Positions 19,694-30,529 of a DNA stretch of 64,000 nt are shown here, one piece after another; within the stretch, counting starts at the first letter, position 1; every line of letters starts with the position of its first letter. The position numbers and the translations under genes are program-made. The DNA is taken from positions 6,018 to 70,017 of the forward strand of contig CANQCG010000002.1 in the NCBI GenBank assembly GCA_947589645.1, in the 5' to 3' direction. Source of the stretch: an uncultured Clostridia bacterium. Its GTDB lineage: Bacteria > Bacillota > Clostridia > TANB77 > CAG-508. The notes beneath the pieces are model-generated. The model saw nothing but the letters and a program-made list of their open reading frames with translations. It had not been told where the DNA came from and did no database searches.

Positions 19694-19825
19694 TTAAAAT
19701 GCACCTCCTTATTTGTATACTCGCTAATCCTAAAATGTAGGTAGCTAAACTTGAGTTAGCATTTATGAACCTTAATTAAGCGGATTACAATTACTTATTC
19801 TAACATAATTTGTTTTATTTGTCAA
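19694..19825 (-). promoter_or_regulatory. rplU promoter (TTGACA-17-TAGAAT) and structured 5' leader, possibly the Firmicute L21 leader
   Basis: On the minus strand, TTGACA lies at 19820-19825 and TAGAAT at 19797-19802 with a 17-nt spacer. The ~95-nt leader contains TAATCC…GGATTA and GCTAAAC…GTTTAGC pairings. The leader-family assignment was not verified. Confidence 0.45.
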
Positions 19826-20260
19826 TCAAAATTTGCCATTTTTTACATCTTCTACAAATTTATCTCTTATTTCTGAAGGAAGTAAATTTATTTTTTCGAT
19901 ATTTTCCTTTTTTATTATCTCAGGAATATACTTTCCTCTATCTGCATATTTAGGATCATTGTTAAATTCTGGCCCATCTCCTGTTCCTAATTTTCCAGAT
20001 ACATATTCACAAAGGAAAAAATATTCTTTTTGATTTATTTCTCCACCATCTAGCTCATATATTTTTTCTTTTACTTTTACATTGATTCCGAACTCTTCTT
20101 TTATTTCACGTACAATTCCCTCTTCTAAAGTTTCTCCCTCTTCTAGTCCTCCTCCTGGGAATACATGATAATCAAGTATTCCATTTACTTTATTGCCTAT
20201 TCTATGCATTAGTGCAAAACCATCTTCCATTGGAATAATTCCAGCTACTCTAATTCTCAT
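19826..20260 (-). CDS. NUDIX hydrolase
   Basis: Nudix box GGGLEEGETLEEGIVREIKEEFG. Confidence 0.85.
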   Translation of the reverse strand: MRIRVAGIIPMEDGFALMHRIGNKVNGILDYHVFPGGGLEEGETLEEGIVREIKEEFGINVKVKEKIYELDGGEINQKEYFFLCEYVSGKLGTGDGPEFNNDPKYADRGKYIPEIIKKENIEKINLLPSEIRDKFVEDVKNGKF

Positions 20261-20278
20261 ATTTTTCCTTCTTTCTAC

Positions 20279-21634
20279 TTATTCTGTAGCCTTTGCTTTT
20301 TCAACACCATTTTGAGCTAAAAGGCTCATTAATTCACTAGTTGTTGTTCCACTTGTTATATAATAAACACCTTTGCCTTCGGCAATAGTCATATAAACTT
20401 TATCTAAAATAAAATTACTAAATAAATTTTTTCCTTCTTGTGTTACTAAGTTGTATTTTCCTCCTAGAGCAACTACTATTAAATTATAATCAGGTATTTG
20501 CAATACGCCATATGCTTTAACATTAGTTACAGAAGGGTTAGGGCATCCTATAGAGTCATAAGTCATATCTGTTATTTTGCTGCCATCTATGTTAAATAGT
20601 CCCCATTTATTATTTTGTTGTACAGGAATTATCTTGTTAAACAATATAATTCCATCTGTTACACCATTTTGGTTATATTGTGCTACATTATTGATACCTA
20701 TTTGCTGATATTCTGGATACATTAAAACATCTCCATCTCCATTTAATAGTCCATATAAACCTGATTTATTAACTATGTAAAATATTTCATTTTTGTTTAC
20801 GATTGTTTTAATGTCATCATAAATTAATTCTATTTTTGTTTCTTTGTTTGCTTTTATAATTCCTTTTTTAGCTCCACTAGTTACTAAAAAATCAGAAGTA
20901 TTTTTTTGATATTCAATACTATCGTATTTAGTTTCTAGTATAATTTGGTTATTTTGAATAGATATTACTCCATATGCATTATTTGATGATTTTACTATTA
21001 GCATACCATCTAATATTGCAGTTTTGTTTAAAAATGTTTCTTGCTCAATTGGTAAATATCCTGCGTTTTGATAAGCTACTGAATATGCATTATATAAATA
21101 TGTTAAAGTTTGAATAGTTATATCATTTTTTTCTGCATTATAGTAAAATATCAAATTAAAAGCCTCTTGCGCTCCATCTGAAGATATACATAATTCGCCA
21201 TTTATTTCTTGTATAGGCTCAGTTATTTTTATTTGAGTAGTTTGCTCTTCTATTACTTTTGTTAATGTATTAGAATTTAAAGTAAAAGAAACAAGCTCAT
21301 CAGCATTTTCAATATAGCATTTTGTTTTATCTTCAGATTTACTTATATAATCTCCATTATAAGAATCATATTGTAAATATGTAGCTATCCTTTTTATTGG
21401 GAAATATACTTTATCATTTTCTTGAATTATTAAAATATTTTTTAGTTCTTCTGCATTATTACCATCTACTCTTATAGTCAAGATTGTGCCTCTAAAATAT
21501 ACTATTGCTGCAATTACTCCTATACATAATAATACTAATATTATAATTGCTACTAATATTAATGTAGAGGCTTTAATTTTTATTTTTTTCTTTTTAGGTT
21601 TCAAAATATCTTCATTTATTAAATCTTCTAACAT
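20279..21634 (-). CDS. Membrane-anchored WG-repeat (KWG-like) protein
   Basis: N-terminal TM segment. Repeated motifs …YGVISIQNN…, …YGLLNGDGDVL…, …WGLFNIDGSKI… are typical of WG-containing repeats. The ATG at 21634 follows GGAGG. Confidence 0.6.
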   Translation of the reverse strand: MLEDLINEDILKPKKKKIKIKASTLILVAIIILVLLCIGVIAAIVYFRGTILTIRVDGNNAEELKNILIIQENDKVYFPIKRIATYLQYDSYNGDYISKSEDKTKCYIENADELVSFTLNSNTLTKVIEEQTTQIKITEPIQEINGELCISSDGAQEAFNLIFYYNAEKNDITIQTLTYLYNAYSVAYQNAGYLPIEQETFLNKTAILDGMLIVKSSNNAYGVISIQNNQIILETKYDSIEYQKNTSDFLVTSGAKKGIIKANKETKIELIYDDIKTIVNKNEIFYIVNKSGLYGLLNGDGDVLMYPEYQQIGINNVAQYNQNGVTDGIILFNKIIPVQQNNKWGLFNIDGSKITDMTYDSIGCPNPSVTNVKAYGVLQIPDYNLIVVALGGKYNLVTQEGKNLFSNFILDKVYMTIAEGKGVYYITSGTTTSELMSLLAQNGVEKAKATE

Positions 21635-21645
21635 TTTTTCCTCCA

Positions 21646-22779
<1,134 letters not shown>

Positions 22780-22921
22780 CTAGGTTATTATACCCTTTCT
22801 CCTTTCACAATTCTCTTTACTTACTTTTTAATTGTATCAAATAGTATTATAAAAATCAATTATTAAATAGGTTTTTATCATTTAAAATAGAAAATTTAAT
22901 TATAACATTTATAATAATGCT

Positions 22922-25531
22922 CTACTGCATTTTTTCTTTTATTTTGACTAAAGTATTTAGAGCATCTATCGGAGTTAGCTCGTTTAGATTTATTTTATCT
23001 ATTTCATGGGCTATTTCAGCCAATTTATAGTTAAACATATCAAACTGCCCTTCAACTACCTTTTTATTTTCTTCCTTTTTCTTGTTTAGAATTAGATCTT
23101 TTCTTTCCAATGATTTTAAAATTTCATTTGCTTTATTTGTTACTACTTTTGGCACTCCTGCTAATTTTGCAACATGTATTCCATAGCTTTCATCTGTTCC
23201 ACCACGCAATATTTTTCTTAAGAAAATTACATCTTCTCCTTTTTCTTTTACTGCTATATGGTAATTTTTTACACATTCGATGCTTTGTTCAAGATTTATA
23301 AGCTCATGATAATGTGTTGCAAATAGCGTTTTAGCTCCACATTTTTCTTTGTCTGCTATATATTCTGCAACTGCCCATGCAATAGAAAGTCCATCATAAG
23401 TTGATGTTCCTCTTCCAATTTCGTCAAGTATTACTAAGCTATCAGGTGTGGCTTCTTTTAGTATTTGAGCCACTTCCATCATTTCTACCATAAAGGTACT
23501 TTGCCCCATACTTAAATCATCTGATGCTCCTACTCTTGTAAAGATTTTATCTACAATTCCAATTTTTGCATCATCTGCTGGTACAAAGCTTCCTACTTGT
23601 GCCATTAATGTAATTAAAGCTACTTGTCTCATATAAGTTGATTTTCCTGCCATGTTAGGTCCAGTTATTATAGATACTAAATCATTTGCTTTATCTAAAT
23701 ATGTATCGTTTCCAACAAAGCTTCCAGATGGTAGCATTTTTTCTATAACTGGATGTCTTCCATTTTTTATATCAATAGCACCACTATTATCTACTTTTGG
23801 CATACAATAATTCATGTCTTCTGCTACTTGTGCAAATGATGCTAATACGTCTAATGTTGCAACCGCTTCTGCAGTTCTTTGCAATCTCTTGATATTATGA
23901 GCGATTTTTTCTCTTATCTCTACAAATGCATTATATTCTAAATTTACTACTCTTTCTTCTGCTCCAAGAATTTGGTCTTCTAATTTTTTTAATTCATCTG
24001 TTATATATCTTTCTCCATTTGTCAAAGTTTGCTTTCTTATATATCTGTCTGGAACTTGAGATAAAAATGATTTTGTTACTTCTATATAATATCCAAATAC
24101 TTTGTTAAACCCTACTTTTAAAGTTTTAATTCCTGTTTTTTCTTTTTCTTCTTGCTCCAAGCTTAATATCCAGCTTTTTCCATCCGTTGTAGCTGTTTTT
24201 AGCTTGTCTATCTCTGGATCATAACCCAGTTTTATTATTCCACCATCTTTTATAGTCATTGGCGGATCATCTACAATAGATTTTTCTATTAGCTCATATA
24301 TATCTTGCAATTCATCTATATTTTCGTAAATTTCTTTTAAATATACTGATTTACAGTTAGAAAGTACTCTTTTTACTTCTGGCATTTTTGAAAGAGAAGC
24401 TTTAAGTGATAACATATCTCTTGCATTACTATTTCCATAAGCCATTTTTCCTGCTAATCTTTCAATGTCATATACTTTTTTTAAATTTTCGAAGATGTCC
24501 CCTCTTAATATCATGTCATCTTTTAATTCTTTTACCGCATCTAGCCTTTTATTTATCTGTGATAAATCTTTTAATGGGTCATTTAACCATCTTCTTAACA
24601 TTCTTCCACCCATAGAAGTTGATGTTTTATCTAATACCCATAAAAGAGTTCCTTTTTTTGATTTGTCTCTTAGTTTTTCCGTAATTTCTAGATTTCTTCT
24701 AGTATTTATGTCTAATGACATATATTTTGAAATACTATAAACTTTTATAGTGTTAATATGTTCCAAAGAAGTCATCTGCGTTTGTGCTAAATATTCTACT
24801 AAAGCATTTATTGAAGCTAAGGCTAATTTTTGTTCTTCTATATTTTCTACACTTTGTCCATTTGTATTTATAAAATTATATTTTTCATTTAAATTTTCTA
24901 CATTTTCTTTAAAATATTCATCTGAAAATCTAGTAATATATATATCAAGTCTTTCTTTTATTTTATTTAGTTCTTCAGTTGAGTCATACATAAAACCATT
25001 TGATATTATTTCAGATGGAGAAAATCTTGCTATCTCGTCTAATAATGTTTCAAAATTATTTTGCTCCTTAATTTCAGAACTATAGAATTCCCCTGTTGAA
25101 ATATCACATACACTAATTCCAAAAAATATTCCGCTTTTGTATATAGACATTATGTAGTTGTTTTTTCTTTCTTCTAGCATATTTGATTCTACAAGTGTTC
25201 CTGGAGTTAATACTCTTATTACTCCTCTTTCAACCATTCCCTTTGTTGTTTTTGGATCTGTTAATTGTTCACAAATTGCAACTTTATAGCCTTTCGCAAT
25301 TAATTTTGATGCATAATTTTCTGCGGCATGGAATGGCACTCCCGCCATCGGTGCTCTTTCTTCTTGTCCACAGTCTTTACCTGTTAATGTTATTTCAAGT
25401 TCTCTGGATGCTGTTATAGCATCATCAAAGAACATTTCATAGAAATCTCCTAACCTGTAAAACAATATGCAATCTTTATATTTTTCTTTTGTTTCTAAGT
25501 ATTTTTGCATCATTGGAGAATATTCTGCCAT
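22922..25531 (-). CDS. mutS: DNA mismatch repair protein MutS
   Basis: 869 aa with MMQKYLETKEKYKD…FYRLGDFYEMF N-terminus and GPNMAGKSTYMRQ Walker A. Confidence 0.96.
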   Translation of the reverse strand: MAEYSPMMQKYLETKEKYKDCILFYRLGDFYEMFFDDAITASRELEITLTGKDCGQEERAPMAGVPFHAAENYASKLIAKGYKVAICEQLTDPKTTKGMVERGVIRVLTPGTLVESNMLEERKNNYIMSIYKSGIFFGISVCDISTGEFYSSEIKEQNNFETLLDEIARFSPSEIISNGFMYDSTEELNKIKERLDIYITRFSDEYFKENVENLNEKYNFINTNGQSVENIEEQKLALASINALVEYLAQTQMTSLEHINTIKVYSISKYMSLDINTRRNLEITEKLRDKSKKGTLLWVLDKTSTSMGGRMLRRWLNDPLKDLSQINKRLDAVKELKDDMILRGDIFENLKKVYDIERLAGKMAYGNSNARDMLSLKASLSKMPEVKRVLSNCKSVYLKEIYENIDELQDIYELIEKSIVDDPPMTIKDGGIIKLGYDPEIDKLKTATTDGKSWILSLEQEEKEKTGIKTLKVGFNKVFGYYIEVTKSFLSQVPDRYIRKQTLTNGERYITDELKKLEDQILGAEERVVNLEYNAFVEIREKIAHNIKRLQRTAEAVATLDVLASFAQVAEDMNYCMPKVDNSGAIDIKNGRHPVIEKMLPSGSFVGNDTYLDKANDLVSIITGPNMAGKSTYMRQVALITLMAQVGSFVPADDAKIGIVDKIFTRVGASDDLSMGQSTFMVEMMEVAQILKEATPDSLVILDEIGRGTSTYDGLSIAWAVAEYIADKEKCGAKTLFATHYHELINLEQSIECVKNYHIAVKEKGEDVIFLRKILRGGTDESYGIHVAKLAGVPKVVTNKANEILKSLERKDLILNKKKEENKKVVEGQFDMFNYKLAEIAHEIDKINLNELTPIDALNTLVKIKEKMQ

Positions 25532-26958
25532 TAGTTCTCACCTCTTCTAATTATTGTTCCTTTTAAATACCACATATGTTCAGAAACTATTTTTACTTTT
25601 ATTAATTTGCCTGTTATGTCTTCTGTTTCATCTAGTATTACTACTTTATTGCTATCTGTTCTTCCTGTATATGTATTTTCATTGTTTTTACTTTTTCCTT
25701 CTACTAAAATTTCTTGCACTGTTCCTATATATTTTTTATTGTCTTCTTCTATTTGTGATTCTACTAATTCTTTAAGTCTGTCAAATCTCTTATGCTTTAT
25801 ATTATCTGGAATTTGATTTTCCATTTTTGCCCCTGGAGTTCCTTCTCTTATAGAATAAATAAACATATATACTTGTTCAAAACCAACTTTTCTTACTACA
25901 TCTAAAGTGTCTTCAAAATCTTCTTCTGTTTCTCCTGCAAATCCTACAATTATATCTGTTGATAAAGTTAAATTTGGTATTTTTGCTCTCATTTTTTCTA
26001 CTAAATCTAAATATTGCTTTTTAGTATATTTACGATTCATTGATTTTAATACTTTACTTGAGCCTGATTGAAGTGGCAAATGTACTAATTTACAAACTTT
26101 TTCGCAATCTGCAATTGCTTCTATTACATCATCTGTAAAATCTTTTGGGTGTGGAGAAACAAATCTTATTCTTTCTATTCCTTGAATTTTGTTAACTTCT
26201 CTAAGTAGTGTTGCAAATGAGTTAACTCCTCTATAAGATTTTCCTAAATTCTGCCAATTTTCTGCTACTAAGTATGAATTTACATTTTGCCCAAGTAATG
26301 TAATTTCTTTGTAACCCTCTTTTGCTAAACCTTCTATTTCTTCTAATATGTCTTTTGGGTGTCTGCTTCTTTCACGTCCCCTTACATATGGAACTATACA
26401 ATATGTACAAAAATTATTGCATCCATACATAATCGTAACAGATGCTTTTAAGTTACTTTCTCTTTTTATTGGTAGCCCTTCATAAACTTTTCCATCTATA
26501 TCTATAACATCTTGTAATTTTTTATGATTTACTAAAATTTTTAAAATATCTTCTGGAAGTTTGTGCAAAGTATGTGTTCCAAAAATAATATCTACAAAGG
26601 GATAAGACTCATGTATTTTTTCTATAATATGTTTTTCTTGCATCATGCATCCACCAATTGCAATTATCATATTGTTTTCTTCTTTTATTCTTTTTAGTTC
26701 TCCTAATTTGCCAAATAATCTATCTTCGGCATTTTCTCTTACACAACATGTATTAAAAATTGCTAGGTTTGCTTCTTTAAAATTGTCAGTATATTTATAG
26801 CCCATTTCTTCTACCATTCCGCATATTTTTTCTGAATCATTTTCGTTTAATTGGCATCCAAAAGTTAAAATTGTATATTTAAGGCTTTTATTCTCATTTA
26901 TTTTTTTTATTTGATTAATATATTCTTTTTGTTTTTCTATTTCTTGTAATGTGTCCAT
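25531..26958 (-). CDS. miaB: tRNA-2-methylthio-N6-dimethylallyladenosine synthase
   Basis: UPF0004 N-domain, radical-SAM CNNFCTYCIVP motif and TRAM C-terminus. The stop overlaps the mutS start by 1 nt. Confidence 0.93.
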   Translation of the reverse strand: MDTLQEIEKQKEYINQIKKINENKSLKYTILTFGCQLNENDSEKICGMVEEMGYKYTDNFKEANLAIFNTCCVRENAEDRLFGKLGELKRIKEENNMIIAIGGCMMQEKHIIEKIHESYPFVDIIFGTHTLHKLPEDILKILVNHKKLQDVIDIDGKVYEGLPIKRESNLKASVTIMYGCNNFCTYCIVPYVRGRERSRHPKDILEEIEGLAKEGYKEITLLGQNVNSYLVAENWQNLGKSYRGVNSFATLLREVNKIQGIERIRFVSPHPKDFTDDVIEAIADCEKVCKLVHLPLQSGSSKVLKSMNRKYTKKQYLDLVEKMRAKIPNLTLSTDIIVGFAGETEEDFEDTLDVVRKVGFEQVYMFIYSIREGTPGAKMENQIPDNIKHKRFDRLKELVESQIEEDNKKYIGTVQEILVEGKSKNNENTYTGRTDSNKVVILDETEDITGKLIKVKIVSEHMWYLKGTIIRRGEN

Positions 26959-27071
26959 TTGTTTTTACCTTCCTTGTTATTTTGCTTAATTTTATTATAT
27001 TTTTCAATATTTTTCAAGTAATTATCTCTGTTTTTTATAGAATTACAAAAAAGTTTAAAATTTTTATATTT

Positions 27072-27285
27072 AATATATTCCTTTTCAAGATTTGATGCTT
27101 TTTTACTCATGAAATCGTAAGCTTTACATAAAATTATCTATTTTATAACGAGAAAAGCATTAAATCACAGAGGAAAATATATTTTCCGTCAAAAATAGGG
27201 CTTTTCTACAAGCTAGCATTTTATTTTTATGTAAAATTACAATGCTAGCTTGTAGAAAAGGGGTGTTTTTAGAAAAGAAATATAT
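27072..27285. repeat. Dispersed intergenic hairpin repeat, copy 2 (modules A+B; inverted relative to copy 3)
   Basis: Contains GATGCTTTTTTAC…GAAAAGCATTAAATCA (module A) and CTACAAGCTAGCATT…AATGCTAGCTTGTAG (module B). The reverse complement of 53721-53912 aligns along its whole length. Confidence 0.85.
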
Positions 27286-27326
27286 AAGCACGACATTAAA
27301 ATTTGAAAATTGATTTAGATTTCAAT

Positions 27327-27360
27327 AGAAAAAAGCCATGTTCAAACATAGCTTTTTCTA
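27327..27360 (-). terminator. Terminator after nrdD
   Basis: Minus strand reads AAAAAGCTATG-tttgaa-CATGGCTTTTTT, followed by CTATT. Confidence 0.65.
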
Positions 27361-27372
27361 TAATTACTAAAA

Positions 27373-29499
27373 TTACAAATGCAATACTCTTGCTTTTATT
27401 TCTTTAGTTTTTCCTACATTCCAAAAATTTTCTCCTAAATAGCCACAAGTTCTTCTTGTTACATTCATTTTGCTGTGGTCCTTATTTCCACATTGTGGAC
27501 ATTCCCACTCATTATTATCATTAATAATAATTTCTCCATCATATCCACATACATGACAATAATCTGATTTAGTATTAAACTCTGCATATAAAATATTATC
27601 ATAAATAAATTTTACTACTTCTTCTAATGCTGTCAAATTTTTAGACATATTAGGAATTTCAACATAAGAGATTGCTCCTCCTGAAGAAATCTTTTGGAAG
27701 TCACTTTCAAATGATAGTTTACTAAATGCATCGATTTTTTCTCTTACATCTACATGGTATGAATTCGTATAATATCCTTTGTCTGTAACATCTTCTATGC
27801 TTCCAAATTTTTCTTTATCTATACGTGCAAATTTATAACACAAGCTCTCTGCTGGTGTGCCATATAGAGCAAATCCTAAACCTGATTCTTTCTTCCATCT
27901 ATCTGTTGCTTCTCTTAAATGCTTCATTAGTTTTATTGCAAATTCACGTCCTTCTTTCGTAGTATGAGAAACACCTTTTACTAATTTTGTTGTTTCATAA
28001 ACTCCAATATAGCCTAAAGATAGTGTTGAATAACCATCTTTTAACAATTTGTCTATTTTTTCACCTGGCTGTAATCTTGCAATTGCTCCATATCTCCAAT
28101 GTATAGGGCTAACATCTGAAGTTGTTCCAAGTAGAGAATAATGTCTACACATCAAGGCTTCTCTACAAAGCTCTAATCTTTCATCTAGTATTTGCCAGAA
28201 CTTTTCTTCATCCCCATCTGCCACGATTCCTACTTGTGGTAAGTTTATGCTTACTACACCTTGATTAAATCTTCCTTCAAATTTATAGTTACCATTTTCA
28301 TCTTTCCAAGGAGATAAAAAGCTTCTGCATCCCATTGGGCTAAATACATTTCCCTCATAATATTCACGCATCTTTTTAGCTGAAATATAATCTGGATACA
28401 TTCTTTTTGATGAACATTTAATAGCAAGTTTTGTTAAATAATCATATTTTCCGCCTTTTAAGCAATTATTCTCATCTAAGACATACACTAATTTAGGAAA
28501 CGCTGGTGTTACAAAAACACCCTTTTCATTTTTAATGCCTTCATATCTTTGCTTTAATATTTCTTCAATTATCATTGCATTTTCTTTTATGTATTCATCA
28601 TTTTTTTCTAGGTTTAAGAATAATGTTACAAAAGGTGATTGTCCATTGGTTGTCATTAAAGTATTTATCTGATATTGAATAGTCTGAACTCCTTGTCTTA
28701 GTTCTGTTCTAAGTCTTGTTTGTGTAACTTTTTCTATCATCTCTTCTGAAAGTTCGTCTTTATATTCTTCTTCTGTTTCTTTCTTGAATTTCTCATAAGT
28801 CTTTCTTAAGTATTTTCCTAAGTGTTTTATATCTACTGATTGTCCTCCATATTGACCACTTGCAACAGATGCAATAATTTGAGTCATTACTGTACATGCT
28901 ACTTGGAAAGTTTTTGGGCTCTCAATTAGTTTTCCATTCATTACAGTTCCATTTTCTAGCATATCCTTTATATTTACCAAGCAACAATTAAATATTGGTT
29001 GTAAAAAGTAATCTGCATCATGGAAATGTAAAATTCCTTCTTCATGAGCTTTGGAGATTTTTTCTGGTAATAACATTCTTTTAGTTAAATCTTTTGAAAC
29101 TTCGCCAGCAATTAAATCTCTTTGAGTTGATGCTATAACAGCATTTTTATTAGAATTTTCTTCCATTACTGCTGTATTTGTTTTTCTAATTAGTCCTAGT
29201 ATTGATTCATCTGTTGTATTTTGCTTTCTAACTAAGGCTCTTGTATATCTATAAACAATATATTTTTTTGCAAGCTCGAATTTTTGAAATTCCATTAATT
29301 TTTGTTCTATTATATCTTGTATGTCTTCTACAAGAATTCTTTTTTTACCTAATTCTTCTATGTAATCGATTATTTTATTGATGTCTTCTTTTGTTGCTCT
29401 CTCAACTTTTCTAACTTCTTTATTTGCTTTTTCAATTGCTATAACTATTTTTTGTCTGTCATAATCTACAGCTCTTCCATCTCTTTTTATTACCTTCAT
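27373..29499 (-). CDS. nrdD: Anaerobic ribonucleoside-triphosphate reductase
   Basis: ATP-cone N-terminus (MKVIKRDGR…), C-terminal Zn site CHVCGY…CPQCG and glycyl-radical tail RRTCGYLG. Confidence 0.95.
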   Translation of the reverse strand: MKVIKRDGRAVDYDRQKIVIAIEKANKEVRKVERATKEDINKIIDYIEELGKKRILVEDIQDIIEQKLMEFQKFELAKKYIVYRYTRALVRKQNTTDESILGLIRKTNTAVMEENSNKNAVIASTQRDLIAGEVSKDLTKRMLLPEKISKAHEEGILHFHDADYFLQPIFNCCLVNIKDMLENGTVMNGKLIESPKTFQVACTVMTQIIASVASGQYGGQSVDIKHLGKYLRKTYEKFKKETEEEYKDELSEEMIEKVTQTRLRTELRQGVQTIQYQINTLMTTNGQSPFVTLFLNLEKNDEYIKENAMIIEEILKQRYEGIKNEKGVFVTPAFPKLVYVLDENNCLKGGKYDYLTKLAIKCSSKRMYPDYISAKKMREYYEGNVFSPMGCRSFLSPWKDENGNYKFEGRFNQGVVSINLPQVGIVADGDEEKFWQILDERLELCREALMCRHYSLLGTTSDVSPIHWRYGAIARLQPGEKIDKLLKDGYSTLSLGYIGVYETTKLVKGVSHTTKEGREFAIKLMKHLREATDRWKKESGLGFALYGTPAESLCYKFARIDKEKFGSIEDVTDKGYYTNSYHVDVREKIDAFSKLSFESDFQKISSGGAISYVEIPNMSKNLTALEEVVKFIYDNILYAEFNTKSDYCHVCGYDGEIIINDNNEWECPQCGNKDHSKMNVTRRTCGYLGENFWNVGKTKEIKARVLHL

Positions 29500-29691
29500 T
29501 TTCTTGTTTGCTAGACTCTTAAAGTCAGCTTCCCCCTTCCCATTTAATCTTAAAATAAAATTTATGTATACCTTTTCTTTATTCCGTCGACATTATATTA
29601 CTTATTTTTTTAAGAAAGTTGTTGCAAAAACCACAAAAATGAAATATAATATTTTCGTAATATTTGTAATATTATTGTAATTTTTATAAGG

Positions 29692-30297
29692 ATGTTTGAT
29701 ATGGAAAAAAGCTTTAAAATGGAGCAATTTGTAGAAGATTTTAGCACAAATTGTTCTAAGGTTCAAATAAAAGAATTTTTGAAAGGTGAAACAATAACTA
29801 CATACATAGAAAAAAGAAATCAATTTTGTATTTTAATAAGCGGAGAGGCTGATCTTATTCGTTATGATTTTTATGGACATAAAACAATAATTGGTCATTT
29901 TAATGAATTTGATACATTTGGAGAAGTTTTTTACCCTGCTAATACAAATAATGAACTTTTTGTTGAGGCTAAGAAAAAATGTAAAGTGCTTTTTTACATA
30001 TATGATAATTTGGAGCAAAAATGTCGAAAGAATTGCACCTTTCATAGTAGTTTATCTACTTATTTATCAGAAATACTTTTAGACGAAATTGTTAATTTAA
30101 ATATGAGAGTTGAACTTTTATCAAAAAGAAATATAAGAGACAAACTAATTTCATATTTTAATTTGCTTTCTACTAAGACTCTAAGTAAAACCATTATTAT
30201 TCCTTTTTCTTATACAGATTTAGCAGATTACTTAAGCATTGATAGAAGTGCTATGATGAGAGATTTAAAAGCTTTGATAGACCAGCGGCATTATTGA
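29692..30297 (+). CDS. Crp/Fnr-family transcriptional regulator; the last ~15 codons are displaced into the +1 frame (30284-30331)
   Basis: cNMP-binding-like N-domain plus HTH (…YTDLADYLSIDRSAMMRDLKAL…). The canonical C-terminus SGIIEKNGNRIKLLT* is encoded in the +1 frame after a single extra C near 30283. Confidence 0.75.
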   Translation: MFDMEKSFKMEQFVEDFSTNCSKVQIKEFLKGETITTYIEKRNQFCILISGEADLIRYDFYGHKTIIGHFNEFDTFGEVFYPANTNNELFVEAKKKCKVLFYIYDNLEQKCRKNCTFHSSLSTYLSEILLDEIVNLNMRVELLSKRNIRDKLISYFNLLSTKTLSKTIIIPFSYTDLADYLSIDRSAMMRDLKALIDQRHY

Positions 30298-30394
30298 AAA
30301 AAACGGAAATAGAATAAAACTTTTAACATAATAGATTACCTAATTAAATCTGATATAATAATATTATTTGTATTAAATAAAAATATAAAATAAT

Positions 30395-30459
30395 AGCGAA
30401 TCTAAATTTTTTATATATTAATTAATTTTATATATTAATTAAGAAATTTTAGATTCGCT
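30395..30459. terminator. Long AT-rich hairpin between convergent genes (bidirectional terminator)
   Basis: AGCGAATCTAAA…TTTAGATTCGCT stem. The loop holds a duplicated TATATATTAATTAA. Confidence 0.6.
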
Positions 30460-30529
30460 AAAATTATGGCATTTATAATTTTTTACTATTGTTATTGTTT
30501 TGTCCGCATTTACTGTTAAAGACTTGATT

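Noticed and set aside
29500-29691. Looked for NrdR boxes, a riboswitch or a Crp/Fnr site in the nrdD-crp divergent spacer; also the 73-aa ORF at 29602-29823
   Set aside because: I found no convincing 16-bp NrdR palindrome or TTGAT-N4-ATCAA site by eye. The ORF is AT-rich, low in complexity and lacks an RBS. A PWM scan would be needed before claiming anything.
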